A stretch of 64,000 nt of DNA. It comes from Styela clava (lineage: Eukaryota). The translations under genes and the position numbers were made by a program. Shown here piece by piece: positions 51,325 to 63,860 of the stretch (the stretch's first letter is position 1; the number at the start of each line of letters is the position of its first letter). Under the pieces are notes generated by a model. It had not been told where the DNA came from, ran no database searches, and was given only the letters and a program-made list of their open reading frames with translations. The stretch spans positions 16,864,001 to 16,928,000 of the forward strand of contig NC_135263.1 in the NCBI RefSeq assembly GCF_964204865.1. The letters run 5' to 3'.

Positions 51325-52674
51325 ATGCGCTGCTTCAAATGGATATTCGCAATATTGTTTGCAGATAGCTTTTCGAAAATTCACTGCGTAGGAATCAAAT
51401 CAAATATACTTGGCCCTTCTCTGCCAAACAAACCATTTAGTGTTACGTGGGATGTTGCAAGTGAAAAATGCAAAGAAAAATATGGCATTTCGCTTTACCT
51501 GGACCATTTTGGCATTCGGCATAACACTAAAAATGGCTGGAAAGGTAATGTTATATCGATATTTTACGAAAATGACCTTGGTCTCTTTCCACACTTTAAC
51601 GATAGTGGACAACCCATAAATGGAGGTCTTCCACAAGAGGTCCCGTTATTCGCTCATTTGGATAAAGTCATAAAGGACGTTTACAGAGTGTTGCCGGATC
51701 TAGATTTTGAAGGTTTAGCAGTGATTGACTGGAGAAGCTGGCTCCCTCTGTGGGATCAAATATGTTCCAATGATAATATGCATATGCACATCTACAGAGA
51801 CAAATCTATTCAAAAAGTCAAAGCAGAACATCCCGATTGGCAACAATCGAAGATAATTTCTCAGGCTAAATTAGAATATGAATCTGGTGCCAAAACACTC
51901 ATGGAATTTACTCTTACATTGACAAAGAAATTGCGGCCGAAAGCCAAGTGGGGCTTCTATTTATATCCTGATTGTTACAATTATGATAGTGACGGTCACA
52001 AAATTGATTTAAGGTGTACAAATTACACTAAAAATCAAGATGATAACCTCAAATGGCTTTTTAACGAGAGCACAGCGCTCTATCCATCGGCCTACCTGAC
52101 TAAATGGTTTAAACATAACTTGACGGCTTTGTACTTTGTTGCCTACCGTGTACTTGAAGCAGTTCGCGCAGACAGTAACAGACCAGAAGATACAAGCATT
52201 CCAATATTTCTGTATCATTCGGTGGCGTACCCGTATACAAACAAATTTTTGAACCTTTTTGATCTTAGAGACACCATTGGAGTTGCTTCACTATTGGGAG
52301 CTTCTGGCGTCGTCATCTGGGGAGGATATGATATCGCCAATACTGCTGAGGAATGTCAGGACTTAAGCAATTATATTTCATCTATTTTGGGACCTTTTGT
52401 ACAATTGATCTCGGATGCTGCTTCTAAATGCAGTCACGAGCGATGTAATAATCACGGAAGATGTGTATTGTCACATTTTCCTGGATACAAAGATAATCTT
52501 AATGAACGAACCCATCTCGACGTTCAGGAGGTAGCAAAGACGATGTCTACATTAAACGAGGATTTTTTTGAAACATTTGATTTATCACTTCAAAAACCTG
52601 GACGTTATCAACATTATATAGTTTGCCAGTGTTATGAAAAATGGACTGGAAATTTTTGCAATGAAATGCATTAA
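51325..52674 (+). CDS. HYAL: Hyaluronidase-family (GH56) secreted protein, 449 aa, catalytic Glu replaced by Arg
   Basis: Single ORF with a signal peptide. Motifs: NGGLPQ, GLAVIDW, LRPKAKWGFYLYPDCYNY, STALYPSAY, LGASGVVIWG, and a C-terminal HyalEGF-like C..C..HGRC..CQCYEKWTGNFC. No GPI/TM tail. A likely 5'UTR intron spans 51197-51283. Confidence 0.93.
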   Translation: MRCFKWIFAILFADSFSKIHCVGIKSNILGPSLPNKPFSVTWDVASEKCKEKYGISLYLDHFGIRHNTKNGWKGNVISIFYENDLGLFPHFNDSGQPINGGLPQEVPLFAHLDKVIKDVYRVLPDLDFEGLAVIDWRSWLPLWDQICSNDNMHMHIYRDKSIQKVKAEHPDWQQSKIISQAKLEYESGAKTLMEFTLTLTKKLRPKAKWGFYLYPDCYNYDSDGHKIDLRCTNYTKNQDDNLKWLFNESTALYPSAYLTKWFKHNLTALYFVAYRVLEAVRADSNRPEDTSIPIFLYHSVAYPYTNKFLNLFDLRDTIGVASLLGASGVVIWGGYDIANTAEECQDLSNYISSILGPFVQLISDAASKCSHERCNNHGRCVLSHFPGYKDNLNERTHLDVQEVAKTMSTLNEDFFETFDLSLQKPGRYQHYIVCQCYEKWTGNFCNEMH

Positions 52675-54606
52675 ATGTTATTCAAATTCGATATGTGGCA
52701 ATTCAGCGTACTTAATTATTATACGACCTACTTTTCTACCAAATTTCAAAGCTTTAATCAATTGAATGAAACCATTTATACCTCTCTTGTAAAAACTGTT
52801 GGCAAAAGGTACTGCTTATAACACGAATTTCGCAAATTTTCAAAAGAGCATTATTTTACTATTATTTCGACTAGCAGCTCATAGTTTATCTATATATAGA
52901 TATACATATATATATTATATATATTATACCCCTTTTGTCATTGTTTTTGTTTTCAAATAAGGTAATTGACAAGTTGATCCATTCGCATGATCAGTAAGTA
53001 CACATACGCATACTGTGTAAACCAAACGTAGAAAATTGGAAGCCCTATTATAATAAAAAACCCTAACCATACATTTCGTTGTATTGGATTTATTATTGAA
53101 TATTAATAACACAAAAAGACTAAATACAAGATGAATTCAGTTATTTGACCCAAGTTTGTTAATTTTTTAACCAACAACCAGAAACGGATTCAGATGATGA
53201 AGGGTAGCTGGGCTATGGCATTTATGCGACTCTCTAATTATCTAATACATTGTCATCACGAATGCTCTATGATATCTATTATGACGGCATAATATGCCTT
53301 TCGCTGTTACGTCCGACGTCATACTACCCGTTTCTAGTTGTGAGATGAGGGATGAGGCATGAACCATTCAATACCTGATCAATAAAACATTAATAGTAAA
53401 TCAATTAGGCATTCAGTTCTTTTGAACTAAACAGGCCTGTGATAAAATAGTAAAATATATATTTGATACACTTAAAAGAGCTATAGTTTTTCAAATTTGA
53501 ACAAATTCTCATATTTGGCCGCCTTTTTATTTTTTCATATTTTAAACGTAAAATATTTGAGACAATATATATTTAAAAACTTCTCAATGATTTATTGTAA
53601 GTTAATATTGTTTGACACCAAATTGTTTTTTGCTTCATCGAATTTAAAAATTGCGGTTCCACGATCGATAGACCACCGATACTCTAAAAGATTTGATACT
53701 ATAGTTGTGACTCGTATTATCTGGCATTTCGATTCACGTTGAGACTAGACGTACAGAGCCTGGAAAAAAGCGAGGGCAGTCTGGTTACCGGTACCCTGGT
53801 ACAGATACTGTTACGGTAGCTTTTACACAGTTCTAGCTTCGTTCAGGATATGAGTTTCGTTATGGCTTTCGTGTCCATATATTTGAGTATAGCTTTATCG
53901 TTTGAATCGTGCCGGAATTATTCCCCCATTGGCATGGTTTTCTGAGATCAAGATTCTCTTCGTTTCTTGCAAAGTATTCTTTTTGTCGCCTCGAAATTGT
54001 AGGTTCTATAATATGTGTCTCATATATATATATAATATTTACCTCCGAACCTGTAATTATATTAAGCTGAAAATTATTTTCTTTATTACATATAAACCAT
54101 ATTTCTCGGTACTTGAAATTACTAAAAAATGAATATTTTTTCCAAAACGAGGACGGTCGGCTGACTATCCATGTTCGAATGTCGCGATGGACTTATGGAT
54201 AATTTAACTAAATTTCATTGGTGACGTTTTGCAGTCTAACCACAATTAAATTCGTATGGTGTCACTTTGATCAAGGTTTATTGCAAAATATATAATAAAT
54301 GATTCAATTCAGTAGAACATAAAAGGTAAATTTTAAAATTGAACATTTTACTAAGGTACCAATTGTTTGATAGCTTGCTTTTCAACTATACTTCTCAATA
54401 AATTCTCTTTGATGTCACACTAAAGCAAGACGGTTTTATATTTCGAAATACAAGTCTAATCTTCGAGTTATTAATTTCTAATTCATACTTATGATGAAAC
54501 ATCCGTCTATTGTTTTGACAGAACAGAGATGCAGGCGAATTAATCAATTTTTGTTTCGAACTATCAAAAAGAGAATATTTTCACAAGTAAGTCATCTTTG
54601 CTGCAA

Positions 54607-57566
54607 TCAGCAACATTTTTTCGCAGTAGCAGGTGGTTCTAAGCTTGGCTCGTTTAATTTGATTTCTTCGTACTCTGGTTTTCTGATGGGTGGCCTTAGC
54701 TTGTCTTTGTTCTGTTAAAAATGAGTTGAGAGAGTGCACTAGGGACTTCGGCTAGTAACTTGAACATGGAAAGTCATCCGCAATTTATCAGGGTGAACTG
54801 AAGTAAGTTCTGGTTTTCCTATTCATAATTGGCCTGAATTTTAAAGAAATGTTTATACTGTCTTGAAAAAATAAGTAAGATAACATTGATTTTAAAGTCG
54901 TCAAAATTCAAAATAATTTTCAGACTAATGTTGGTATGTATCCACTGGTATATTTGGAACATAATATTTTGATAGACGCACTGAGTCAAACCTTAACTTT
55001 TGCTATAATTATTATTACCGTATTTGCATCATGATTATACAAATCCAAATAGTGTTAGTGACGTTATTGGTCACAGAATAAAATTAGCAATAATTCCGAT
55101 CGCACGCTAAGAGGGTCCAATTGTATATTATTTGTTTATTCGTAAGTAAACTTAGGTGTATCGTACTGTTCTAAAAACAATAGCTACCTCTCGAGAACTG
55201 AAATCTCACCTTTTCAACAATCTTTTCAAGAATATGATGAAATGCTTCGTCTACATTAATGTCGTTTTTTGCACTTGTTTCCATGAATGACATATTGTAT
55301 TCTCGAGCAATCTAAAAAATATATTTCACTTGAATATAAATATAATTTGGATATAGCGTAATTATTTAATTGAATAAATCATATGTAAAGTAGCTTGTGC
55401 ACTTCATGCCTTTTCGTGTTTACCGGTGAAAATCACAAAAAAAAAATGGATGGATGTAACGTTTGTACCTCAACGTTTCAGACTTCATAGGCATTCAGTA
55501 ACAAATGGAGTTTGAGAAAAATTCAAAACCACTTACATTTTCCCCATCTCTCTTGGTAACTTGCCGAAGATCTTCTTGGTCACATTTATTTCCCAAAATC
55601 ATGCATTCTGTCTCATCTCCAGCCCACTAAAACAGAAAGAATTGAAAAATTAAATATCAAAAGAATTAAATATACTATAAGCATAGAAGGCTAATTTTTA
55701 TGCTGACTGCAATAATGAAGAAAAGTATGCATAAAAAATTAGATTAGAATAACTAAAGATTTGTACCAACCATTCGTATATTTTTCACCCACATATTTAC
55801 GCGCTCAAATGATTTTGTATCTGTGATGTCATAAACGATACAAATTCCCTTAGCCCCTCGATAATAGGCAGTTGTTATTGATCGGAATTTTTCTTGTCCA
55901 GCCGTGTCCCTTAAAATATGATAATTTTATAAAGACATAACGTGTATTAAAAAAGGATTTACACTTCACACATTTTTATAATTTTTTTAATGACTACTAT
56001 TCAGTTTTACGTTTTTTTTCAAGTTCACTTTTTGCTATTGGTCCATAAGGTGTAGGGTTAATTAAAACCCTATCTCTCCAAGTTTCCTGAGGCCATTTTG
56101 TATGATTTTTTCCGAATTTTTTATTATCGTCAATCTTTAGGCCCTAAAACGGCAACCAAAAACCATTATCATAGCTAAAATAGTTACCGTAAAATTCACA
56201 ATTGTATTTACAGAATTTACCAATTCAACATCTTCACTTGAGAGATTTCATGACGTCACGCCCTAATTATTACTGCATAAAAGCTTCGAAAAACAGCGAA
56301 TGTAATAATTGTCGACCATTAAATCGTAAACAACCCAACGCCATGACAGCGACAATGACGAAGGCTTTTACGTTCAACTCTTATTTACAATTTTACCACC
56401 CCACCATGTATGGTAGAGGGTAGTCACGTTTTTGAAAACATTACGGTGCGAAATATGAAATGGATTACTAAAAAAACATGCTAAGTCATTATAAGTGATT
56501 TGTCGGCTGTCATTCTTATCTGGGTTATAAACAATTCTTACCAGCTTTTCAGAGCACTGACTCAACACATCGTTAACATCCCGGCAAGAGCTGGTTTTAA
56601 AATCTCATTTTGAAAAATATGTGTTTTTAATTAAGGCAAGACCTGTTTCACCAATAGGCAAGGCCTAGAAATTCTAACTTGAACTGCAATTCATTTTTAT
56701 TCCGTTTTTAAATTTTAAAGCTGTGTTCCAAAATTGAACCTGTATAACATTATTTAAATATGAATTTTGTTTCATTTTTAGTCAAGGAGGTTGTTTTTGT
56801 TCCAAATATTCCCAATTAAAGTATAAAAAAATGAATACAGCCTTGAGCTTCTTAATATTGTTTTTTGAATTCAGCTTGTTATATACTAGCGTGATTAGCA
56901 AACATATCTTACCTGTAATTGAAATTTTTGGAATTTCGACAAATTTTTATAAAAAAGATTGCTTATGGAGCCAAAACATTGATTGCATGACAGTAACAAT
57001 TTAATTTCTATTCAATTTATGGGTCAAATTTCGACATTTTTTCTTTTGTATACACTTACCATATTTGGAGTTTGATCAAGTGTTCGCCTATCTCTGCCAT
57101 TTTCATTTTGAAATCAATTCCTAAAAAATGAAATGTCAAATTATTAGTTTCTACAAATAAGGCACTTGTTTATTGGATTGAGTTGTCATGCTGCTTAGCA
57201 TAAGATATTCTTTATAAGACGGTATATTTAATGAACCATGTGAACATAGCGTTTTTACTATGGTGTTGTGAATTTTGTCTATAACTCACCCGAATCGTAC
57301 GCTTTTTGTTTTATATCAGCAGCAGAAATCCAGGTTGGGAATCTATAGGTTAATCGTCTATATATCCTTTATAATTAAAAATACTACATTATTTATGCCT
57401 GAATTTTGGCTTTGAAATCTGAATACCTACCGATAGTGGCTACAAAGCTGGGAGAAAAGGCGTTTTCCGTATATCTCCGTAAAATACACGTCTTCCCGAC
57501 TCCTGCATCCCCAATCAATACAATCTTGCACTGCCAATCAGGTCTTCTCATTGTAGTTTCCGTCAT
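54607..57566 (-). CDS. Rab GTPase of the Rab8/10/13 group, divergent Rab10-like, 210 aa
   Basis: Exons 57566-57431, 57120-57060, 55909-55771, 55626-55537, 55311-55210, 54711-54607. G motifs [31 protein letters not shown]. RabF motif YYRGA. C-terminal KKCC prenylation signal. Confidence 0.93.
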
Positions 57567-58547
57567 TTCCAACTTATCTCTAGTCAAATTACAGCGAGCG
57601 ACCCATCACTGCATTAAAATTATGCTAAACCTCTAGTGTAAAACTTTTAAGGCTTGTATTAAACGCGTGATATGATTGCAGGTACATACTGATGTTTGCC
57701 ATGCCTATTTAAATACCTAACAACCGAGTTACCATTCGTTCACGCCGATAGCGACTTGTCAACTGAGGGCGTTGGACTTATCTCAAGTCGGAAAGCCCCA
57801 AGCTCCCAAAATTTTGTTGATTTTCAGTTTGGGTTATTCGGTACAGTTTGGATGTGTACTAGTCACATTTATACCTTTCTAATACGATTATTTAGCAATG
57901 AAACACAGCCCAAAAGCTTACAACGCCAAATATCTAATTGCTCCCTTTCATACAGACCGAAAAAACGATCCAACAAGCTAATAAAAAACATCTGAACCGC
58001 GTTGAAATACTGTTAAACGAGGCTTCTTTTCAAAATTCTGGTATTGTATGTAGCCTATCCTATAAAGAAGGAATTCGATAGCAGCATTTTAAATTCATCA
58101 ATACAAATGTTGACTTTGTTAGTTAATACTCAACAACGATAGGGAACAATGGCACCACTGGTTTACGTATAACGGTACGCTTTTACATACGTGTATCAAT
58201 AAGCACGTGCCATTTGTTTGCGTAATTGTAACTGTCACGCGAATATTCGGTTGCAAATTGGTGCGACATAATTGTTGTTGATTTTTTAACTTATTGCCAG
58301 CATAGTTGCAAACGTTGTGCGCCTGTAATAACGGTGTTTACCAAGCTGGCAAGAGCATGCAAGAGGGTTCCGTATAGAATGACAACATCCTAGATTACAG
58401 CGATGAATGGGCTTATTGTGTGATCCATCATGCTAATCATCCTTTATTCTCTCAGCACAAAAATAACGTTTATATCTTTACACTGAAGCAATTTTATATA
58501 TTTAAGGCACGAATATGTGATGGAATTTGCAATTAAATAGCGTGAAG

Positions 58548-58733
58548 CAGGGGTGTGCCACCTTTAATACAGGAGGGCCAGATACAAATAACTGGGTGGA
58601 ACCGCGGGCCGAAGCTTCATTCAACATAGGCTTTCCAGTAGTAGCAACAACAACAGTAACAGCAACTTGATTATTGATCTCATGACAATTTTTCTTTGTG
58701 GGCCGCATTTGGCCCACAGGTTGCACACCCCTG
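58548..58733 (-). mobile_element. hAT MITE family C, internally deleted, inverted relative to the 38.8 kb copy
   Basis: TIR CAGGGGTGTGC / GCACACCCCTG with GGCCCGCGG and GGCCC subterminal motifs. TSD is degenerate. Confidence 0.8.
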
Positions 58734-59180
58734 TGTAAAGAATATTTTAATAGAAATATAATCATTATTTGGAGAACCTCAGTGACACTGTTGGACTGGT
58801 TGAATGTTTTATTAGATGAAAATATTTACTAAAGTAAGCTCCATGAGTCAACGAATGAATTGTAATAGATCCGAGACCCGAAAAGCCAGGCTACTACGAA
58901 AGAAACGATCATATATATAGCAATTAGCAATGTCTCTGATATAGACGTACAAAATTTTGTTTGAGCTTCCGCCTTTCAATATATATTTCCAGTCAGAGCC
59001 CAATATTAAGAAATATTAATATTTCTTATAAATATTAAGATATTAAGCCCAATATTAAGAAAAAGTGTAGCTTCCGACGACATCTTCAAATAAGAACTAG
59101 CCCTTCCATTGGAATGGGTCTCTCCTTTACTTGTCACTCATATGCCATCCACATACCGAGGCACAAATAATGCTATCAGT

Positions 59181-61320
59181 TTATAATATAGTGTATGCAT
59201 TTGCGCGTTTTCGTCTGTAGTTCGGCTCAACCATAGCTACAGACACCAGTGAAATACAAAGAAAAAATATTGTTGCTACGCCGGCGACAGCGACGCTGTA
59301 ATATTCCATCACGGTCCTTAAAATGGTTGTTAACACGAACATGCTCAAGTTTCCAAGCGATGAGTTGATTGACATCATTAAAATCTTGCTAGTAGGATAC
59401 GTAGTTTCTATTAGAAGTTCATAAACTGCAGGAATGAAAATTCCTCGTCCCATCATAAGCAAGACGTACAAAAAGTACATCATGTTTAGCAGCTCGAGTG
59501 CATGCGCAAAACACAGTCCAACAGTCGAAAATATTGAAATCAAGGTACCTGGCATGAACGAAAATATAAATATAAAAGAATATAGAAAATTGAACGTGAA
59601 AGATACATGATTTTTAACGAATTGTAGCAAGTTACCATTGCCCGGACATATGGACAGATATAACCGACCAACATGGTAGCGCAAGTTGTCAAGCAAGCAA
59701 AAGTAAAAAATTTGAGACGAGTAAACGTAATAGGTTTCTAGGAGATACTTCCATCTGAAATTGCTAATTGGAAGAAAAAACGAAAGAAAACTTGAAAGCG
59801 ATTGGTGCAGAATGGAAGTGGAAGACAGAATCTTCTTCTGTCCAATAAAAACATTTCTTTCAAATGGCGTGGCATTAAATTTGTGTCCAAATTTTATGTT
59901 CATATGATATTACAAAACAGTATTAACAATCATACCTGTCAATGCAGTACATTTGAAATTCGTAAACTTGTCAACGATACGTCCTGTAACGAATGTTGCT
60001 GCAACAGTTGCCACTGTTCGCAAAAAAGCAATGTTACCAGCTGTTATATTGTCTAATTTGGGAAACGTTTCCAGCAAGCACGAAGGCATCAGTGTGACAC
60101 CAAAGCATACAGCGCCTTCGCTAAACATTGTTCCTAATGTAATTAGCATGACTGGTTTCATCAATGCAATTCTACACATTTCAATAAGTCGGCTTCCTGA
60201 TGACTGTTTCGGTTCCATCATCTTTTTCTCTTGTGAACGGCTAGGAGGTGTTGGTGGACGATTTTCGAAAAACAGAATTGATAACAGCAAGCAGACAATC
60301 ATTATCAAAAATATCGCCCCGAATGTAGCGCTGTACAAAACACGTGCTTGGTGAAACGTTGAAATGTCGAATGATGAATTGTGTGTTGAGTTTGCAGGAT
60401 TATTGTTTGGAATTACATTAGGAAATAACAATGCTGATGTAATTGATGCAATGCTGAACATTGTTATTGGTAATACAAAAGCCGTTGCAGTTTGATTCGG
60501 TGGAAACCAGTTTGCTGCCAAAAGAACTTGAGCTATATATAAAATGCCAGCTGTCGACGTCATAAAAATCCGACCAATTTCCGTAACGTAAAATAGGTCT
60601 CTGAAAACAAGGGGTTGAATGAGTTCAAAAAGGGTAGTGTGTACCAGGTTAGGGTTAGTCCATAATTTTATTACGATTTTCCTTATTTTAATTCTATTAG
60701 TTCGAAGACTGTCTGTGTTAGCCAAGGGAATTTACCCCCTACTCATATGTTGCAATACCTTAATACAACTTTATATAATATTTGAAATAGAAATAAAGGC
60801 TCCACTCGACACTCGAGTGTATTACAAGAAGTTTAAGATTCTAATATAATATAGAATTTTCAATGTATATATCAGGTGTTGTTTGACAGTTAAAAGAGAT
60901 ACTTAGCGATATTTTTTTAGCAGAAAGCAATGGAATTGCTAAAGTTATAAACAGCAATATTTATTTCTCTAATTTTTTCGCAACCGAAATTATCAATTCA
61001 TTTTTCAAAAAGCCATATTACCTTGATTGAAATCCAATAAGACAGATCACACTTCCACACAAAAGACATGATATCATGGTAATCACCAGCGACCTCAAAG
61101 ATAATGATTGACTGAAGTATCCCACCAATAACGTCACGGGGAATGCAATAAAATTCCCAATGATGACAAGCAAGTCAATCTCATACGGCGTGGCGCCATA
61201 GAAATCTTCAACTACTTTGTGTAAAACCACAAATCCTGTACTAGCATAATTCTTCACAAAAGCAATTGCGCAAAGTATTCCGAGTAGAATCCATCTTCGT
61301 GCATACCTAACGTAATCCAT
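59181..61320 (-). CDS. MFS transporter, SLC49 (FLVCR/MFSD7/DIRC2) family, about 443 aa
   Basis: Exons 61320-61022, 60600-59936, 59548-59181 (intron phases 2 and 1). Family motifs YARRWILL, AANWFP, RPPTPPS and ELLIETTYP, plus many hydrophobic helices. Confidence 0.85.
60634..60745. repeat. Family A MITE fragment in MFS intron 1
   Basis: GTGTACCAGGTTAGGGTTAGTCCATAATTTTATT..TTCTATTA matches the interior of the 2187-2421 element. Confidence 0.6.
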
Positions 61321-61651
61321 TGCAATACATCAGTAGAATGGCAGAATATTGTTTAAGGCACAGCAACATTAAGAAGATACAAATATGGTTTAATCAATCA
61401 CAGTCAAATATACGCGACTAACAGGAAATGGCGCAAAAAGCGTACGAGGAAGTTATTATAAATCGATAACACATACACACATGCATGTAAGGCCTGGCTA
61501 CAAGACAATATTAAATATTTCAGCCATGTACAGCTGTGTATTTAGCCTGTGAATGCTTGCTACCAACTCATTTACGAGTGTTCTGTTTTTCACCAAATCC
61601 TCTAGTTTTGTGACAATACCATGCTTTGAGCTAAATTGTATGAAAAAAAAT

Positions 61652-61767
61652 GGGCGCTCCTGAAGTATGTGCACCAAGATGGCGCACAACCTGAACCCCA
61701 ACCTGGTACACATACTGTGTTCAGGTTGTGCGCCATCTTGGTGCACATTCTTCTAATCTAGAGGTCC
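61652..61767. mobile_element. Palindromic MITE family A (short form)
   Basis: Perfect 30-bp inverted repeat 61667-61696 / 61719-61748 with a 22-nt loop. Confidence 0.85.
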
Positions 61768-62654
61768 AAAAAATGTGTATGCCGTATTGCACAATGCACT
61801 CCGTCTGCTCTTCAGACTTTAAACACTGAAACGATACTGCCAAAATGTGAAAATTGAACAAACATGAATGGTATATGGTAAAGTGTCTCCCTGGTTGTCA
61901 ATTTCGACTTTTCAGGGGTTTTATATAAACATATATCCCTCGACAGGTGCCCAGACTCCAGAAAACAAACATACGCAAATTTTCCCAATACCAAACCATA
62001 TAAATAAATCATCAATCCGAAGCATATAACAAAATCGGCTTTGCGCAATCCAATACCAATAGATTGAATGTTGTTTTGGTGAAAATGTCGCAAATCGAAG
62101 AAACATGAAATGCACTTCAACCGATATGTATATATAATCTCATATATTCCAGCAATTGTCGAACGTTTTAGCAAACTGGTACTAGCCTGCGATCGGTTTG
62201 AACTTGAATTTAAATGTTTTACATGAGTAATTGAAAGTTTTTCAATTTTTTTTCGAAGGGGCAACAATTAGTTTAGTCTTGTGCTAATGATATTTCGAAA
62301 AGTTAGCCAAAAACTCGCGAAGATTTGTTTTCTTTAATCCTTGCTTGAATTGAATGCAATTGGGCAATCGAGACAAATTTATCAACCACCAGTGAATATG
62401 CACAAGACTAATTTATTCCATACAGCTGTTTTCCTATCTAATAAGCCATTTTCCCAGGCCATTTACGCAAACTCAGTTGAATGCTCTACGACCCGTCTGG
62501 CGCAAATAAATCGATTGATGTAAATTTGGAACAATCCATTTCCCATAAGGGTGAGAAAAATTTCACCACTCATATTTAATCAACAACAAACTTTTTCACG
62601 AAAACTGTATATATATTACCTAGTTCTGTATTTTTTGCGCAGTCCACTCACAAA

Positions 62655-63860
62655 ATGGGATACTGTACAGTATATTTGTTCCTGTTCCTTGTTTGTACCG
62701 ATACGCTGTATATGATACAAGCCGGTCAACAAATGGAGTTTTGTAACCAAGTAAGTAAATCTTTTCCATTTCAAGTATATATGATAAAACAATTATAATA
62801 TAAAACAATATATATTATAGATCCAGAGATATATAAGTAAATACCGGTTAGAACCGAATTTGAAAAAGTGAAAGGGAGCATTGCTCAATTATCTGGTCAC
62901 GAACTGGCGAGAGAAAAAGATGGAATAAATCTTTTCGCTCATATTTTGGAATTATATTACAATTTCTGAATGACAAGCTAGAAATCAGAATAAATCCGTC
63001 ATGATCATGTCAAGCGTTAAGCACAAATGCGCATTATACTAATATTTCAGTGATGAAATTATCAGTGACAAATTTGATATACCACCGCAGTAATTTTATC
63101 GAACACAACTCATACATCCGGATACAAAAGTAGAGCATCAGTACTGGTATGATAAGAGCGAGTTTGCAGAAAAGATCAGCGGACAAGTGTAACAGAGTCT
63201 CCTTTAAATTAAAATAATAGAATCATGTGTGAAATATAGGGGGTCTGAGAGAAAGTTTGAAGAAAGTAACACAGCTCTCGCGATTTCTTCTGTCTTTGAG
63301 TACTGACATTTAAAATCAATCGATCCAATAGGTTCGAAAATAGAAAGATTTTTTCGACCAACAGTGATCACATCAACAATAACAAGAATTCAACAAAACA
63401 ATTTATACCTACAATTAACATCTAGACAACAAGCTAGACAATTCTAATTAAAATTTTATGTTGTGTCATTTCGTTTTTAGGTCTGTCACTACGTCGGACA
63501 GCACTATGAAAACAAAGACTCAAATGGATCTGCAGCATTTGATAGAGTAGGGAAATCTGGTCCAAGAGGGCCACAAGGGCCACCTGGAAATGTGGATTAT
63601 GGAATCATAAATGCCACGATTATGGGGAAATTTGAAGGTATAGTGGTTTGGAATATAAATCGAGGATTCCATAGAAATGTTTTATGTGAAAACGAACCAT
63701 GTTTGGAATTCTAATATATATCATCAAAATATCTCTAATATTTTGTTTTGTTGATTTACACCAGATTTGGAAAGCAATGTGGAAAGGAAGCTTGCTAATA
63801 TCGACTTTCTGGAACAAAAAACGGATGAAAATAAAGCCGAAATACAACGAATAAAAGCAG
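62655..63860 (+). CDS. Collectin/ficolin-like secreted protein, 5' part (continues beyond the window)
   Basis: Not in the ORF track. Exon 62655-62750: MGYCTVYLFLFLVCTDTLYMIQAGQQMEFCNQ, donor GTAAGT. Exon 63481-63637: VCHY..GKSGPRGPQGPPGNV.. Exon 63765-63860: heptad-like DLESNVERKLANIDFLEQKTDENKAEIQRIKA. Phases are consistent. A TATATA tract lies at ~62608. Confidence 0.75.

Noticed and set aside
57567-59180. MFS-Rab operon (co-oriented genes, tunicate-style polycistron)
   Set aside because: The 1.6-kb gap contains a MITE, and I see no juxtaposed poly(A) signal and trans-splice acceptor. Not supportable from sequence alone.
59549-59903. 5' extensions of the MFS ORFs (also 60601-60725) and of ORFs 43022, 47961 and 7836
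   Set aside because: These are open frames running through introns or UTRs. Splice sites and signal peptides define the shorter exons given above.
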